A stretch of DNA of 49,713 nucleotides from Planctomycetota bacterium (GTDB taxonomy: Bacteria > Planctomycetota > PLA2 > JAEUHO01), in contig JAPKHB010000001.1 in NCBI GenBank assembly GCA_026647295.1, positions 1 to 49,713 on the forward strand, in the 5' to 3' direction. The stretch's first letter is position 1. Every line of letters begins with the position of its first letter. The position numbers and the translations under genes are program-made. The notes beneath the pieces were generated by a model. It was not told the origin of the DNA. It saw only the letters and a program-made list of their open reading frames with translations, and searched no databases. Shown here piece after piece: positions 18,024 to 27,067 of this stretch.

Positions 18024-19124
18024 ATGAACGCCCATGCGACCCTGGGCGGCCCTCCCGTGCGCGCGGGCGCACTGGAGATCACCCCGCTCGTCCACCCCCA
18101 GGGGTGCCGGGGGTACCTCGTCGCCGACCGCGCCTCCGGCGAGGCCCTCGCCCTGGACGTCACCCTGGACCAGCAGGCCTTGGCGCTGGCGTGGGTCGAG
18201 CAACAGGGGCTGCGCCTGCGTTGGGTGGTGGACTCGCACACCCACGCCGACCACGCCTCGGCCGCCCTCGGCCTGGCCCGGGCCGCGGGCGCGGCCCGGG
18301 TCGCCCACGAGGCCGGCGGCCACCGCCGCGTGGCCCGGCGCATCGGCGAGGGGGACCGGCTCGAGTTGGGCGACCAGGGTCTCGGGGCCCGCGACGCCCC
18401 GGGCCACACGCCCGACCACCTCGTGCTCGAGGCCCCGGGCGTGGTGTTCTCGGGCGACTCCCTGCTCATCGGCGCGGTGGCCCGGGCGGACTTCCTCGGG
18501 GGGGACGCCGGCGCCCTTTACGACACCCTCGACCGCGTCTTCTCGCCGTTGCCGGGCGCCACGCTCCTCTTCCCCGGCCACGACTACGCCGGACGCACCC
18601 AGAGCACGCTCGAGGCCGAGCGGCGGTCCAACCCCTGGCTCGCGCTCGACGACCGCGACCGCTTCGTGCGGGCGCTCGAGGCCAATCCACCCCCCGAGCC
18701 GGCCAACATGGCGGCCCTGCTGCGCTTCAACCTGGAGGACGCCCCGCTGCCCGCCGCCGTGACGGCGGCCGAGGCGGTGGCCCTGGTGGCGGCGGGCGGG
18801 GCGGGCTCGGTCATCGACGTGCGCACGCCCGAGGAGGTGGCCGCGGCGCACGTGCCCGGCTCGCGCCACCTGGAACTGGAGACGCTCCTCGCCCGCGCCG
18901 ACGAGGTGGCCCGCACGCCGGCCCCGCGCCTCCTGCTCTGCCACACGGGCCGGCGGGCCGAGTGGGCCCGGGAGCGACTCGCGCGCCTGGGCCTGGGCGC
19001 GCTGTGCGTGGTGGCCGGCGGCATCGTGGCCTACGCCCGCGCCGGGGGCGCGGTGGAGGGCGGGGCGCTGGCCGCGCCCCTGGCGGGCGGGGGTTGCTGC
19101 GCCGCCCCCCCGCCGCCGCAGTGA
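18024..19124 (+). CDS. MBL-fold persulfide dioxygenase (ETHE1-like) fused to a rhodanese domain
   Basis: DSHTHADH metal motif, GHTPDH, and LFPGHDY...RTQSTLEAERRSNPWL typical of sulfur dioxygenases. The C-terminal ~110 aa are rhodanese-like, with a CHTGRR active-site loop. Confidence 0.85.
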   Translation: MNAHATLGGPPVRAGALEITPLVHPQGCRGYLVADRASGEALALDVTLDQQALALAWVEQQGLRLRWVVDSHTHADHASAALGLARAAGAARVAHEAGGHRRVARRIGEGDRLELGDQGLGARDAPGHTPDHLVLEAPGVVFSGDSLLIGAVARADFLGGDAGALYDTLDRVFSPLPGATLLFPGHDYAGRTQSTLEAERRSNPWLALDDRDRFVRALEANPPPEPANMAALLRFNLEDAPLPAAVTAAEAVALVAAGGAGSVIDVRTPEEVAAAHVPGSRHLELETLLARADEVARTPAPRLLLCHTGRRAEWARERLARLGLGALCVVAGGIVAYARAGGAVEGGALAAPLAGGGCCAAPPPPQ

Positions 19125-19181
19125 CGGTCCCCCCCGGCGGCTAGGCTGCGGGGCGATCGGCCCCCCGGATGGAGGCGTCCC

Positions 19182-19487
19182 ATGGTGTCGCGCAAGATCG
19201 AGCCCGGCCAGCCGCAACCCGACGTGACGCCGGAGGTGGCGCTTCCGCCGCTGCCCGCCTCCGAGCGCATGGCCACCTTGCGCGAAACCCTCGGGCGCAC
19301 GAGCGACCCGGCCGACTACGCGCGCGTGCTGCTCGAGGCCCTCGGCCGGGCCGACCACCCCGACGCCGCGGGCAACCCGATCTACGCCCTCTACCAGGTC
19401 GCCGTCGACTACCGCTGCTCGGCGGAGGGCTATCGCACGCTGTACCTGCGGCGTCCGGCGCTGGTGCCGGGGCGCCCGTCGGCCTAG
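19182..19487 (+). CDS. hypothetical protein (possibly the N-terminal part of the next gene)
   Basis: 101 aa. ATG preceded by GGAGG (19170-19174). Same reading frame as ORF 19545-20204, separated from it by a single TAG (19485-19487). Confidence 0.4.
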   Translation: MVSRKIEPGQPQPDVTPEVALPPLPASERMATLRETLGRTSDPADYARVLLEALGRADHPDAAGNPIYALYQVAVDYRCSAEGYRTLYLRRPALVPGRPSA

Positions 19488-19544
19488 GCGCGCCGGGCAG
19501 GGGGGGGCCTGGAAGCGCTGCTGCCCCTCGCGTTCGTCCTGGTC

Positions 19545-20204
19545 GTGGCCCTGGCGGTGTGGGCCTGGATCCACGGGGCACGCCAGGCGCGGGAGCGCCG
19601 CGAGGCCCTGGCCCGCTGGGCGAGCCGCCACGGCTGGAACTTCGACCCCGGCCAGCGCGCGGACCTGGACGAGGCCCTGCCGCAGTTCAGTTGCTTCCGC
19701 CAGGGGAGCAACCGCTACGCCTACAACGTGGTCGAGGGGCGCGTGGACGACCTGGGCCTGGTCGCCTGCGACTACCACTACGAGACCTACACGACCGACT
19801 CCAAGGGCCGGCGGACCACGCACCACCACCACTTCTCCGCCGTGGCCCTCGAGACCGGACTGCGGTTCACGCCCCTGGCCATCCGGCCGGAGCATTGGTT
19901 CGACAAGGTGGCCGAGTTCTTCGGCTGGGACGACATCGACTTCGAGTCGGCCGAGTTCAGCCGCGCCTTCCACGTGAAGTGCCAGGACAAGCGCTACGCC
20001 TTCGACCTCATCCCCCAGGAGACGATGGAGTTCCTCCTGGCGTCCCCGCGCTTCACGATCGAGGTGGCAACGCCGGTGATCCTGGTGCGGGCCGGGAAGC
20101 GGTTCTCCGTCCCGGAGTTCGCCGCGGCGCTGGACGTGGCCCGCGGCTTCCTCGGGCGCATTCCCCCCGACGTCCGCGCCGCCCTGCGCCTGCGCGTCGA
20201 TTGA
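19545..20204 (+). CDS. hypothetical membrane protein (DUF3137-like, LemA-associated)
   Basis: 219 aa from GTG 19545. The hydrophobic segment LEALLPLAFVLVVALAVWAWI begins upstream of this start. Lies directly upstream of lemA, a context I recall as typical for DUF3137-type proteins. Confidence 0.55.
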   Translation: MALAVWAWIHGARQARERREALARWASRHGWNFDPGQRADLDEALPQFSCFRQGSNRYAYNVVEGRVDDLGLVACDYHYETYTTDSKGRRTTHHHHFSAVALETGLRFTPLAIRPEHWFDKVAEFFGWDDIDFESAEFSRAFHVKCQDKRYAFDLIPQETMEFLLASPRFTIEVATPVILVRAGKRFSVPEFAAALDVARGFLGRIPPDVRAALRLRVD

Positions 20205-20238
20205 CCGTACGGAGCCAGGCTCCGGTGCATCACTCGAG
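20197..20238 (+). repeat. palindromic intergenic repeat, copy 1
   Basis: tcgattgaccgTACGGAGCCAGGCTCCGGTGCATCActcgag. The 25-nt core is identical in all four copies. The left arm overlaps the stop codon at 20202-20204. Confidence 0.9.
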
Positions 20239-20377
20239 ACCCTCGGAGGCGGGGCGGCGCCTCCCGATCGAGGGGTGCGGCGCGCGGGCGCCGGGGTCGC
20301 GCTCCCTGCCGAACGCGGCCCCTCGCCCCTTGCGCCCGCACGGACTCCCCCGCGGCCTCGGCGTACGATGGGCCGCC

Positions 20378-20992
20378 ATGGCTCCGCTTCCGCCCCCCCT
20401 GCCGCTGGCCGCCGCCGCGGACCTCGGCCCGCTCTGGGTCGGGCTGGGCGTCCTCCTGCTCCTCCTGCTCTGGGCGATCGCCCTCTACAACGGGCTCGTG
20501 CGCGCGCGCAACCACTGCGACGAGGCGTGGTCGGCGGTCGAGACCGAGCTCAAGCGCCGCTACGACCTGGTGCCCAACCTCGTCGAGACGGTGAAGGGCT
20601 ACGCCCGCCACGAGCAGCAGGTGCTCGAACGCGTGATCGAACTGCGCAACCGGGCCCGGGAGAGCCACGGCTCGCCCGACTTGCAGGCCCGGGACGAAAA
20701 CGCCCTGGTCCAGGGGCTCCAGCGGCTCTTCGTGCTCGTCGAGCGCTACCCCGAGCTCAAGGCCAACGAGAACTTCCTGGCGTTGCAGGGCGAACTGGCC
20801 ACGACCGAGAACCGCATCCAGCGCGCGCGGCGCTTCTACAACGCCAACGTCCGCGACCTGGCCAACCGCATCGAAGCCTTCCCCTCCAACCTGATCGCGG
20901 GCCTGTACGGCTTTGCCAAGCGCGAGTTCTTCGAGATCGAAGACTCCTCCCAGCGGGCGGTCCCGGCCGTGGACCTGGGCGGAGCCGGCTGA
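20378..20992 (+). CDS. lemA: LemA family protein
   Basis: ATG 20378 within ORF 19169-20992. N-terminal TM helix, then YNGLVRARNHCDEAWSAVETELKRRYDLVPNLVETVKGYARHEQ...RFYNANVRDLANRIEAFPSNLIAG, the classic LemA signature. Confidence 0.9.
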   Translation: MAPLPPPLPLAAAADLGPLWVGLGVLLLLLLWAIALYNGLVRARNHCDEAWSAVETELKRRYDLVPNLVETVKGYARHEQQVLERVIELRNRARESHGSPDLQARDENALVQGLQRLFVLVERYPELKANENFLALQGELATTENRIQRARRFYNANVRDLANRIEAFPSNLIAGLYGFAKREFFEIEDSSQRAVPAVDLGGAG

Positions 20993-20994
20993 CC

Positions 20995-23280
20995 GTGGCG
21001 GGGGGACCGGCCGGATCCTGCGCGCCCGCGGCGCGCCACCGCCCCGGGCCCGGACGGGGCCCTGGCGCCGGCGCCCGCCTCGTGGCCGGGGCGGCCCTGC
21101 TCCTCGCCCTGGGAACCGGGGCGCCGGCCTTCGGCGGCGGCGGCCCCGAGCGCGTGCTGGTCGTGGCCAACGCGGACTCGCCCGCCTCGCTCGAGGTGGC
21201 CAACGCCTACGTGCGCCTGCGCGGGATCCCCCCCGAGCACGTCTGCCGGGTGACGGGCATCCCCACGCTGCGGGTGGTCCCCGTGGACTGGTTCCGCGAC
21301 CACCTGCTGCGCCAGGTGCTGGACTTCGTCCGCGACCACGGGCTGATCGAGGAGATCGACACGATCGCCTGGTCGGTGGACTTCCCCTACGGGGTGGACT
21401 TCCGCGCGGACTTCGAAGACGTCGCCCAGGACGCGCGCGTGCCGCGCATCGCCGCGCTCACGGGGCTCACGTACCTGTGGCGCCGCGTGGTCGAGAAGGA
21501 CCGCAACTACGAGGCCCTCCAGGTGAACAAGTACTTCCGGCCGCTGGGCGAGGGGAGCCGCGGCGGGCACGGCTTCGAACCGGCCTGGCGCTGGGCCCTG
21601 GGGGACGCCCCGGACCGCGAGCCGCACGACGCGACGCTGGACCGCTACCACCTCTCGACGCTGCTGGGCTACACGGGGGAGCAGGGCAACACCCTGCCGG
21701 AGGTCCACGAGTGCCTCCGGCGCGCCACGCAAAGCGACGGGACGCAGCCCGACGGCGCCGTCTACCTGATGAAGAACGGCGACGTGCGCGCGCGCACGCG
21801 CGAGCCCACCTTCGCGCGCGTCGTGGAGCGGATGCTCGAGCTCGGGGGCCGGGCCGAGGTCCTGGAGGCGGACAAGGACGGCCAGGACGGAAAGGTCCCC
21901 CGGGGCCGCGCGGACGCCATCGGCATCGTGGCCGGGATCGCCTCCTTCGAGTGGCCGAAGGACAGCGCGATGCTGCCCGGGGCGATCGCCGAGCACCTGA
22001 CCAGCTTCGGCGCCATGTTCAACGGCTCGGGCCAGACGAAGTTGAGCGCTTTCCTGCGCGCCGGCGCCGCCGGCTCCTCCGGCACGGTCGCCGAGCCGCT
22101 GGCCATCCCCAACAAGTTCCCCTCCGCGGCCCTGCACGTGTGGTACCGCGAGGGCTGCTCGCTCGCGGAGTCCTTCTACCAGAGCGTGTACGGCCCCTAC
22201 CAACTCCTGATCGTCGGCGACCCGCTCGCGCGCCCGTACGCCCGCTTTGCGCGGGTCGGGCTCGCGGCCCCGGCCCTGGACGCGCCGCTTCGCGGCGAGG
22301 TCGACCTCGAAGCGGCGGTCGAGCCTGCGCCCGACCGCCCCGTGGGCCGCACGGAACTCTTCGTGGACGGGCAGCGCGTGGCCACGGCCCCCCCGGGCGC
22401 GCCGCTGCGGCTGGACACGCGCCCGCTGGACGACGGCTGGCACCGGCTGCGGATCGTCGCGGTCGAGGACACGCCCGTGGCGACCCGCAGCGGGACGGAC
22501 GCCGCGTTCGATGTCCGCAACGGCGCCGGCGCGGTGACGCTCCAGGGGCCGCGGGGCGCCGTCGAACTGGGCGAGTCCCTCGAACTCAAGGGCAAGGTGG
22601 AGGGCGGCGGCAAGGCCACCGTGCGCGTGTTCCGGGGCGTCCACCTGCTCGGCGAGGTCGAGGCGCGCGGAGTCTTCCGGCTCAAGGTCCCCGCCGCGGC
22701 CCTCGGGCCCGGGGTGGCGGAGGTCTACGCCCGCGCGGTGTTCGCCGAAGGGCCGGCGGCGCGCAGCCTCCCCGTCGAGGTGACCGTCGAACCTCCGGCC
22801 GTCGACGCGCGCCACAGCGCGCGCCGCCCCGGCGGGCGCAAGCGCGACGCCGAGGCGCCCGGGGCGGCGGGCCTGCGGGCACGCCTCACCCTCGCCGACG
22901 GCAAGGAACGCGAAGGCGTCGTGCCCACGCTGGGCCTCAAGGGCGGCGACGACCGCTTCGCCCAGCACCTGAAGAAGATCGCCCCGGGCCCCTACCGGCG
23001 CGTCGAACTCGAGGGCTTCGTGCGGGCGCCGGCGCCGGGCGCCTACCAGTTCGTGATCAACGCCACGGGGCGGCTCACGCTCGCCGTAGGCGGGGTGGAC
23101 CTGCTCGAGGGGGCGGCGCTCGAGGCCGATCGACAGGCGTACGCCATGGTGCGGCTGCCCGAGGGCTGGCACCCGCTGCGCCTCGTGTTCGAGCCCGCGG
23201 CACCCGCGGCCGATCTCTCGGTGCTGCTCGCCGGCGCCCAGGTCGCCGAGGTCCTGGCCGGCGCGGCGCTGCGCCACTGA
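20995..23280 (+). CDS. secreted TIGR03790-like protein with C-terminal PA14-like domain
   Basis: GTG 20995 lies 2 nt after the lemA stop and is in frame with ORF 20275-23280. Signal-like LVAGAALLLALGTGAPAFG, then RVLVVANADSPASLEVANAYVRLRGIP (the TIGR03790-type start). The C-terminal GFVRAPAPGAYQFVINATGRLTLAVGG is PA14-like. Confidence 0.65.
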   Translation: MAGGPAGSCAPAARHRPGPGRGPGAGARLVAGAALLLALGTGAPAFGGGGPERVLVVANADSPASLEVANAYVRLRGIPPEHVCRVTGIPTLRVVPVDWFRDHLLRQVLDFVRDHGLIEEIDTIAWSVDFPYGVDFRADFEDVAQDARVPRIAALTGLTYLWRRVVEKDRNYEALQVNKYFRPLGEGSRGGHGFEPAWRWALGDAPDREPHDATLDRYHLSTLLGYTGEQGNTLPEVHECLRRATQSDGTQPDGAVYLMKNGDVRARTREPTFARVVERMLELGGRAEVLEADKDGQDGKVPRGRADAIGIVAGIASFEWPKDSAMLPGAIAEHLTSFGAMFNGSGQTKLSAFLRAGAAGSSGTVAEPLAIPNKFPSAALHVWYREGCSLAESFYQSVYGPYQLLIVGDPLARPYARFARVGLAAPALDAPLRGEVDLEAAVEPAPDRPVGRTELFVDGQRVATAPPGAPLRLDTRPLDDGWHRLRIVAVEDTPVATRSGTDAAFDVRNGAGAVTLQGPRGAVELGESLELKGKVEGGGKATVRVFRGVHLLGEVEARGVFRLKVPAAALGPGVAEVYARAVFAEGPAARSLPVEVTVEPPAVDARHSARRPGGRKRDAEAPGAAGLRARLTLADGKEREGVVPTLGLKGGDDRFAQHLKKIAPGPYRRVELEGFVRAPAPGAYQFVINATGRLTLAVGGVDLLEGAALEADRQAYAMVRLPEGWHPLRLVFEPAAPAADLSVLLAGAQVAEVLAGAALRH

Positions 23281-23290
23281 CCCCGGGGGG

Positions 23291-23314
23291 GGGCCCCGCC
23301 CCGGGCCGGGGCCC
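23291..23314. terminator. GC hairpin between convergent genes (possible bidirectional terminator)
   Basis: GGGCCCCG-ccccgggc-CGGGGCCC, an 8-bp perfect stem, in the 52-bp gap between the stops at 23280 (+) and 23333 (-). No U-tract. Confidence 0.35.
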
Positions 23315-23332
23315 TTCGCCCCCCCCGCGCGA

Positions 23333-24625
23333 TCAGGCCTTGAACAGCCCCATCTTCGTGGCCGGCGGCTCCCACTTGGGGAAGAGCTGCTTGGAGGGGT
23401 GCAGGTTCAGGTGGTCGTAGAGCACCTCGGACAGGACGCGCCGCCAGTCGGTGGTCACCACGAGGTCGCGGTTCTGGTAGGTGCGCCCCGCATCGAGGCC
23501 CGCCCACTCCCCGTGGATCCGGCCGCCGTTCACCTTCCCGCCGATCAGGTACATGTTGCCGGCGTGGCCGTGGTCGGTGCCGAAGTTGCCGTTCTCGCGG
23601 TTGGTGCGGCCGAACTCGGTCATGATGATCATGCAGACCTTGTTGCGCAGCGGCCGGACGTCCTCGAAGAAGGTGGCGGTGGCGACGCCCAGTTGCGTGA
23701 GCATCCGGCGGATCAGGTCCTGCTCGCCCGAGCCGCCCTCGTTGATGTGGTGGTCCCAGCCGTTCCAGTCGATGCCGATCACCTCGACGCCCTGGCCCGA
23801 CTTGAGCAGGCGGCCGGCCGTCTGCAGCGCGCGGCCCAGGCCGCCGGCGGCGGCCGGGTAGCGCACCTCTTCCCCGACCGGGCGCTGGGAGAGGATCTCC
23901 TCGAGCTTGCGGAGCGACTCGATGGTGTTGCGGCCGTTGGCCGTGAGTTCGTCCTCGTCGGGACGCTCCTCGCGCATCCCCCCCATCTCCATGCTCGGGG
24001 GCTGCTTGTACAGGTCGTCGAAGAGGTCCAGCACGTCCTCGCCGCGGGCGCCGCGCCCCTGCCGGCTCGGGGCGAGCGCGAGGGCGGGGTAGGGCCCGCG
24101 CATCGAACGCGGCAGGCGGGCCTGCAGCGCCAGGGCCCGGAACTCCCCCTCGGGCCCCTTGGGCGAGGTCGCCTCGAGGAAGCGGTTGAGCCAGCCCGAG
24201 CGCACCGGGGCGTTGCCCAGGTGCCCGAACTCCATGTAGTCCTGGCAGGCGAAGTGGCTGCGCGAGGGGTGGCCCAGCCCGCAATTCACGATCGGCGCGA
24301 GGATGCCCTCGTCCCAGAGCTTCTTCCAGGCCTCCAGGCCCGGGTTGAGGCCGAAGGCGCCGTCCAGGTCGATCGCGCCGTTCTCCTGCCCCGGGGGCGG
24401 GACGGCGATCGTCGGCCGCAGGTCGTAGTACCGGCCGTCGGCGTACGGCACGATCGTGTTGAGCGCGTCCTGGCCCCCGCGCAGGTAGATGCACACGACC
24501 GCCGGCTTGACGGCGATCTCCTTCTCGGGGGCGGCCAGGGCCGGGCGGCCGAGGGCGCCGGCCACGCCCAGGCCGGCGGCGCCGGCGGCGCCGGCCACCA
24601 GGAACTCGCGACGGGTGGTTGCCAT
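23333..24625 (-). CDS. DUF1501 domain protein (sulfatase-like fold) with Tat signal
   Basis: ATG 24625 is preceded by AAGGAG. MATTRREFLVAGAAGAAGLGVAG Tat signal. C-terminal TEFGRT..EN...GTDHGH motif typical of DUF1501. Confidence 0.9.
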   Translation of the reverse strand: MATTRREFLVAGAAGAAGLGVAGALGRPALAAPEKEIAVKPAVVCIYLRGGQDALNTIVPYADGRYYDLRPTIAVPPPGQENGAIDLDGAFGLNPGLEAWKKLWDEGILAPIVNCGLGHPSRSHFACQDYMEFGHLGNAPVRSGWLNRFLEATSPKGPEGEFRALALQARLPRSMRGPYPALALAPSRQGRGARGEDVLDLFDDLYKQPPSMEMGGMREERPDEDELTANGRNTIESLRKLEEILSQRPVGEEVRYPAAAGGLGRALQTAGRLLKSGQGVEVIGIDWNGWDHHINEGGSGEQDLIRRMLTQLGVATATFFEDVRPLRNKVCMIIMTEFGRTNRENGNFGTDHGHAGNMYLIGGKVNGGRIHGEWAGLDAGRTYQNRDLVVTTDWRRVLSEVLYDHLNLHPSKQLFPKWEPPATKMGLFKA

Positions 24626-24639
24626 GGAAGACTCCTTGG

Positions 24640-26307
24640 TCACTGGCGCTGGAACTCGGGAGAGCCGAGCAGCAGTGTCACCAGGACGTTGAACGCCTGC
24701 TGCAATTCGGGCGGGCGCATGCGCCGGTAGTCCTTGCGCACGGCCTGGAGGCGCTTGCGGAACGGGGCCATCGTGAGCGATCCGATCCGCTCGCCGGCGA
24801 AGAGGTCCTGCTGGAGGAGGTACTCCCAGACCTCGGGATTGCGGCGCACGTGCTCCTGGATCGGGCTCGCGCCCACGTCCACGCCCGGCAGGCGGCCGTT
24901 CACCAGGTCGTAGGCGAACTGCCAGCGCACGGCCAGCACGCCCGTATCCATCCAGTCGGCGGCCGCGTCGCTGTACCCCGTGGGATCCTCGCACTCCAGC
25001 ACCGGCTGCCCCATGTCGCCGATGCGCTGGAGCAGCGCCCGGCAGTCCTTCACGTCCGCCCGCGTGGCGCGCACGGCGGCCACGGCGAACTCGAACGGGG
25101 TGCGCGCCTTGGTGAGGACGTTGGCGCGGTCGTAGAAGAGCGGATGCAGCAGGATGGCCCGCGTCACGGCCTTGAGGTCGCCCTTGGTCTTCTGCCAGAC
25201 CCCGACGACGTCGGCCACGAGCTTCTCGGGCGGCTGGTCGGTGACGAGGTATCGGCACAGCTTGCCCACCACGAAGGGCGCCGTGTTCTTGTGGCCGGCG
25301 AGGTAGCGGACCAGCGCTTCGCCCTCCTCGAGGTCGTCCCCGCCCACCGTCTTGCCCATCACGCGCTTGCGCCCGCGCGCGTGGAAGTTCTGGCGGAACA
25401 CGAAGGTGCCGGCGTCCGGCCCGTTGCCCCCCTGGATCGACCAGCCGGTGAGGGCGAGCGCGAGTTGGATCACGTCGTCCTGCTCGTAGCCGTTGTCGGC
25501 CCCGACCGTGTGCAGTTCCATCAGTTCGCGGGCGTAGTTCTCGTTGAGCCCGCCGGTGCGCGACTCGTCCTCCCGGCCCGCGCGCACGCGCTCGGCGCGC
25601 GCCATGGGCGCCTGGGAGACGTGGTTGTCGAGGTAGAAGAGCATGGCCGGGTGCCGGGCGGTGGCCATCAGGAAGTCTTCGAAGCGCCCGAGGACGTGCC
25701 GGCCGATCACCTCGCGCTCGTAGTCCTGGATGTAGTAGCGCACGTCGTCCTTGTTGACGTCCACGTTGAAGTGGTTGCGCCAGAACTCGCACAGCACCTC
25801 GAAGAGCTGGCGCTCGGAGTAGGCCGCGCGCAGGAACACCGCCTGCGGCACCTCCTGGCGGGCGAGGTTCTGGAGCCGGTTGATCTCCGCCTGGCGGCGG
25901 CGCGCGGCGGCGATGCGGTCCTCGCCCGGGCCCGGGGGACCCTGCGTCGCCGCGTCCATCGCGCCGCCGGCCAGCATGCGCCGGTACTCCGCGGTGCTCA
26001 TCTTGAGCGTCTCGAAGCCCTCGAGCCGCCGGTCGAGCTCGGGGTCCGGGATCTGCTCGGGGTTGAGTTGCCGGTCGAGCCAGGCCTCGATCCCGAGCCG
26101 CTTGACCTCCTCCACGTCGGCCGGGCGGGGGCCGAAGGTGGCGCGCCGCAGCAGGTGGCGCGCGCGCACGGTGGCGATGTCGTCGCCCTCGACCTCCTCG
26201 GCGCGAAGGGGCGTCGCCCCGAGCAGGAGCAGGAGCGCGACCGGCAGGACGCCGGCGAAGCGCCGCCGGGGCGGGGACGTCCAGGCGCCGCGTGCGGACC
26301 CGATCAT
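24640..26307 (-). CDS. DUF1800 domain protein
   Basis: ATG 26307 is preceded by GGAGG. Signal-like N-terminus, ARHLLRRATFGPRP and ENYARELMELHTVG motifs characteristic of DUF1800. Shows the canonical pairing with the downstream DUF1501 gene (14-bp gap). Confidence 0.85.
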   Translation of the reverse strand: MIGSARGAWTSPPRRRFAGVLPVALLLLLGATPLRAEEVEGDDIATVRARHLLRRATFGPRPADVEEVKRLGIEAWLDRQLNPEQIPDPELDRRLEGFETLKMSTAEYRRMLAGGAMDAATQGPPGPGEDRIAAARRRQAEINRLQNLARQEVPQAVFLRAAYSERQLFEVLCEFWRNHFNVDVNKDDVRYYIQDYEREVIGRHVLGRFEDFLMATARHPAMLFYLDNHVSQAPMARAERVRAGREDESRTGGLNENYARELMELHTVGADNGYEQDDVIQLALALTGWSIQGGNGPDAGTFVFRQNFHARGRKRVMGKTVGGDDLEEGEALVRYLAGHKNTAPFVVGKLCRYLVTDQPPEKLVADVVGVWQKTKGDLKAVTRAILLHPLFYDRANVLTKARTPFEFAVAAVRATRADVKDCRALLQRIGDMGQPVLECEDPTGYSDAAADWMDTGVLAVRWQFAYDLVNGRLPGVDVGASPIQEHVRRNPEVWEYLLQQDLFAGERIGSLTMAPFRKRLQAVRKDYRRMRPPELQQAFNVLVTLLLGSPEFQRQ

Positions 26308-26591
26308 GGCCGACCTCCAGTCCTTCGAAAGCGTCCCGACCCCGGGGCCGGGGCAGCACCGGCCGGGCCGCTCGGGCGACATTGTATGAAACGCCCTCGC
26401 GCCGGTAAGGGTCCGCTGCGAATCCGGCCCAAACTGGGTCCCAGCCCCCAGTCGAGTCCCCCCCCAGGGGAGGGGGGTCCGTGCGAAAGCCCTGTAGCCC
26501 GGCGGCACGGCGGTATCCGGAAGGGGACGGCGCGACCGGGAGGTCGGCCTGCCAAGGCCGGATTCATGGGCCCCCGTCCTTTGGGGCGCGG

Positions 26592-26608
26592 TGGCACGGA
26601 ATGTGCTT
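26592..26608 (+). promoter_or_regulatory. candidate sigma54 (-24/-12) promoter
   Basis: TGGCACGgaatGTGCTT against the consensus TGGCACG-N4-TTGCW. GG (26593-94) and GC (26605-06) have exact 10-nt spacing. There is one mismatch. Intergenic, and points toward pepM (ATG 27068). Confidence 0.4.
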
Positions 26609-27067
26609 TATCGCAGGGCGTTCCCTGGTCGATGGAGGAACTCCCGAGGCGGAGCCCCCTCCCGCGCCCCCGGGACGCCGCCCCGCGGGCGGGCTCTTTT
26701 CCCCCACGCATGGAACCGGCCCGGGCGGGTGTGCTGGCGCCACCCTCTCCCCTGCCCTCCTCCCTCCTCCCTCGGCGCCCCTCCCCCCGCGCCGGTTTCC
26801 ATCTCGCGCCCCCCGCCGCCGCGGCGGCGGGGGGCGCACCTTCGGCTTGCGGCCGGGCCGGGGCTCGCGCCTCCCTCCTCCTGCCTCCCCTCCTCCCTCG
26901 CGCGGGTCCCGCCCGGCCGCCCCTTTTCGCCCGCGCCCGCTGTGCGCGACGCCCCGTGCGGCCGGCCCCCGCGCCCCCGCGCCCCGGCGCACCGACGCAA
27001 GGCACGGCCGCGCGCGCGTGCGCTTCTATATTGTCCCCCCGCACCACGACCCCCGGGGGGGCCCGAC

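Noticed and set aside
13418-18469. Very long shadow ORFs: 13418-18469 (-) at 1683 aa, 9812-13009 (+), 9915-12557 (-), 17700-19973 (-), 20836-23277 (-), 24619-27177 (+), 45087-47537 (-), 46846-49329 (-) and others.
   Set aside because: Their translations are dominated by Arg/Pro/Gly/Ala with no motifs. Each lies antisense to or out of frame with an ORF that has clear family signatures. Stop codons are rare at >70 % GC, so length alone is not evidence.
26440-26640. A possible known structured RNA in the long intergenic region (SRP/4.5S-like CCGGAAGG..., GCCAAGGC; riboswitch; tmRNA; RNase P).
   Set aside because: The conserved SRP AGCA/GGAA arrangement is not reproduced. I could not find a B12 box, a TPP or SAM core, a tRNA-like end or the RNase P GGAAAGUCCGG motif. 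It cannot be called without a covariance-model search.
26741-26902. The repeated C/T-rich tracts considered as a CRISPR array or a tandem repeat.
   Set aside because: There are only two imperfect copies, ~130 bp apart, of low-complexity polypyrimidine sequence. There is no repeat-spacer periodicity and no cas genes.
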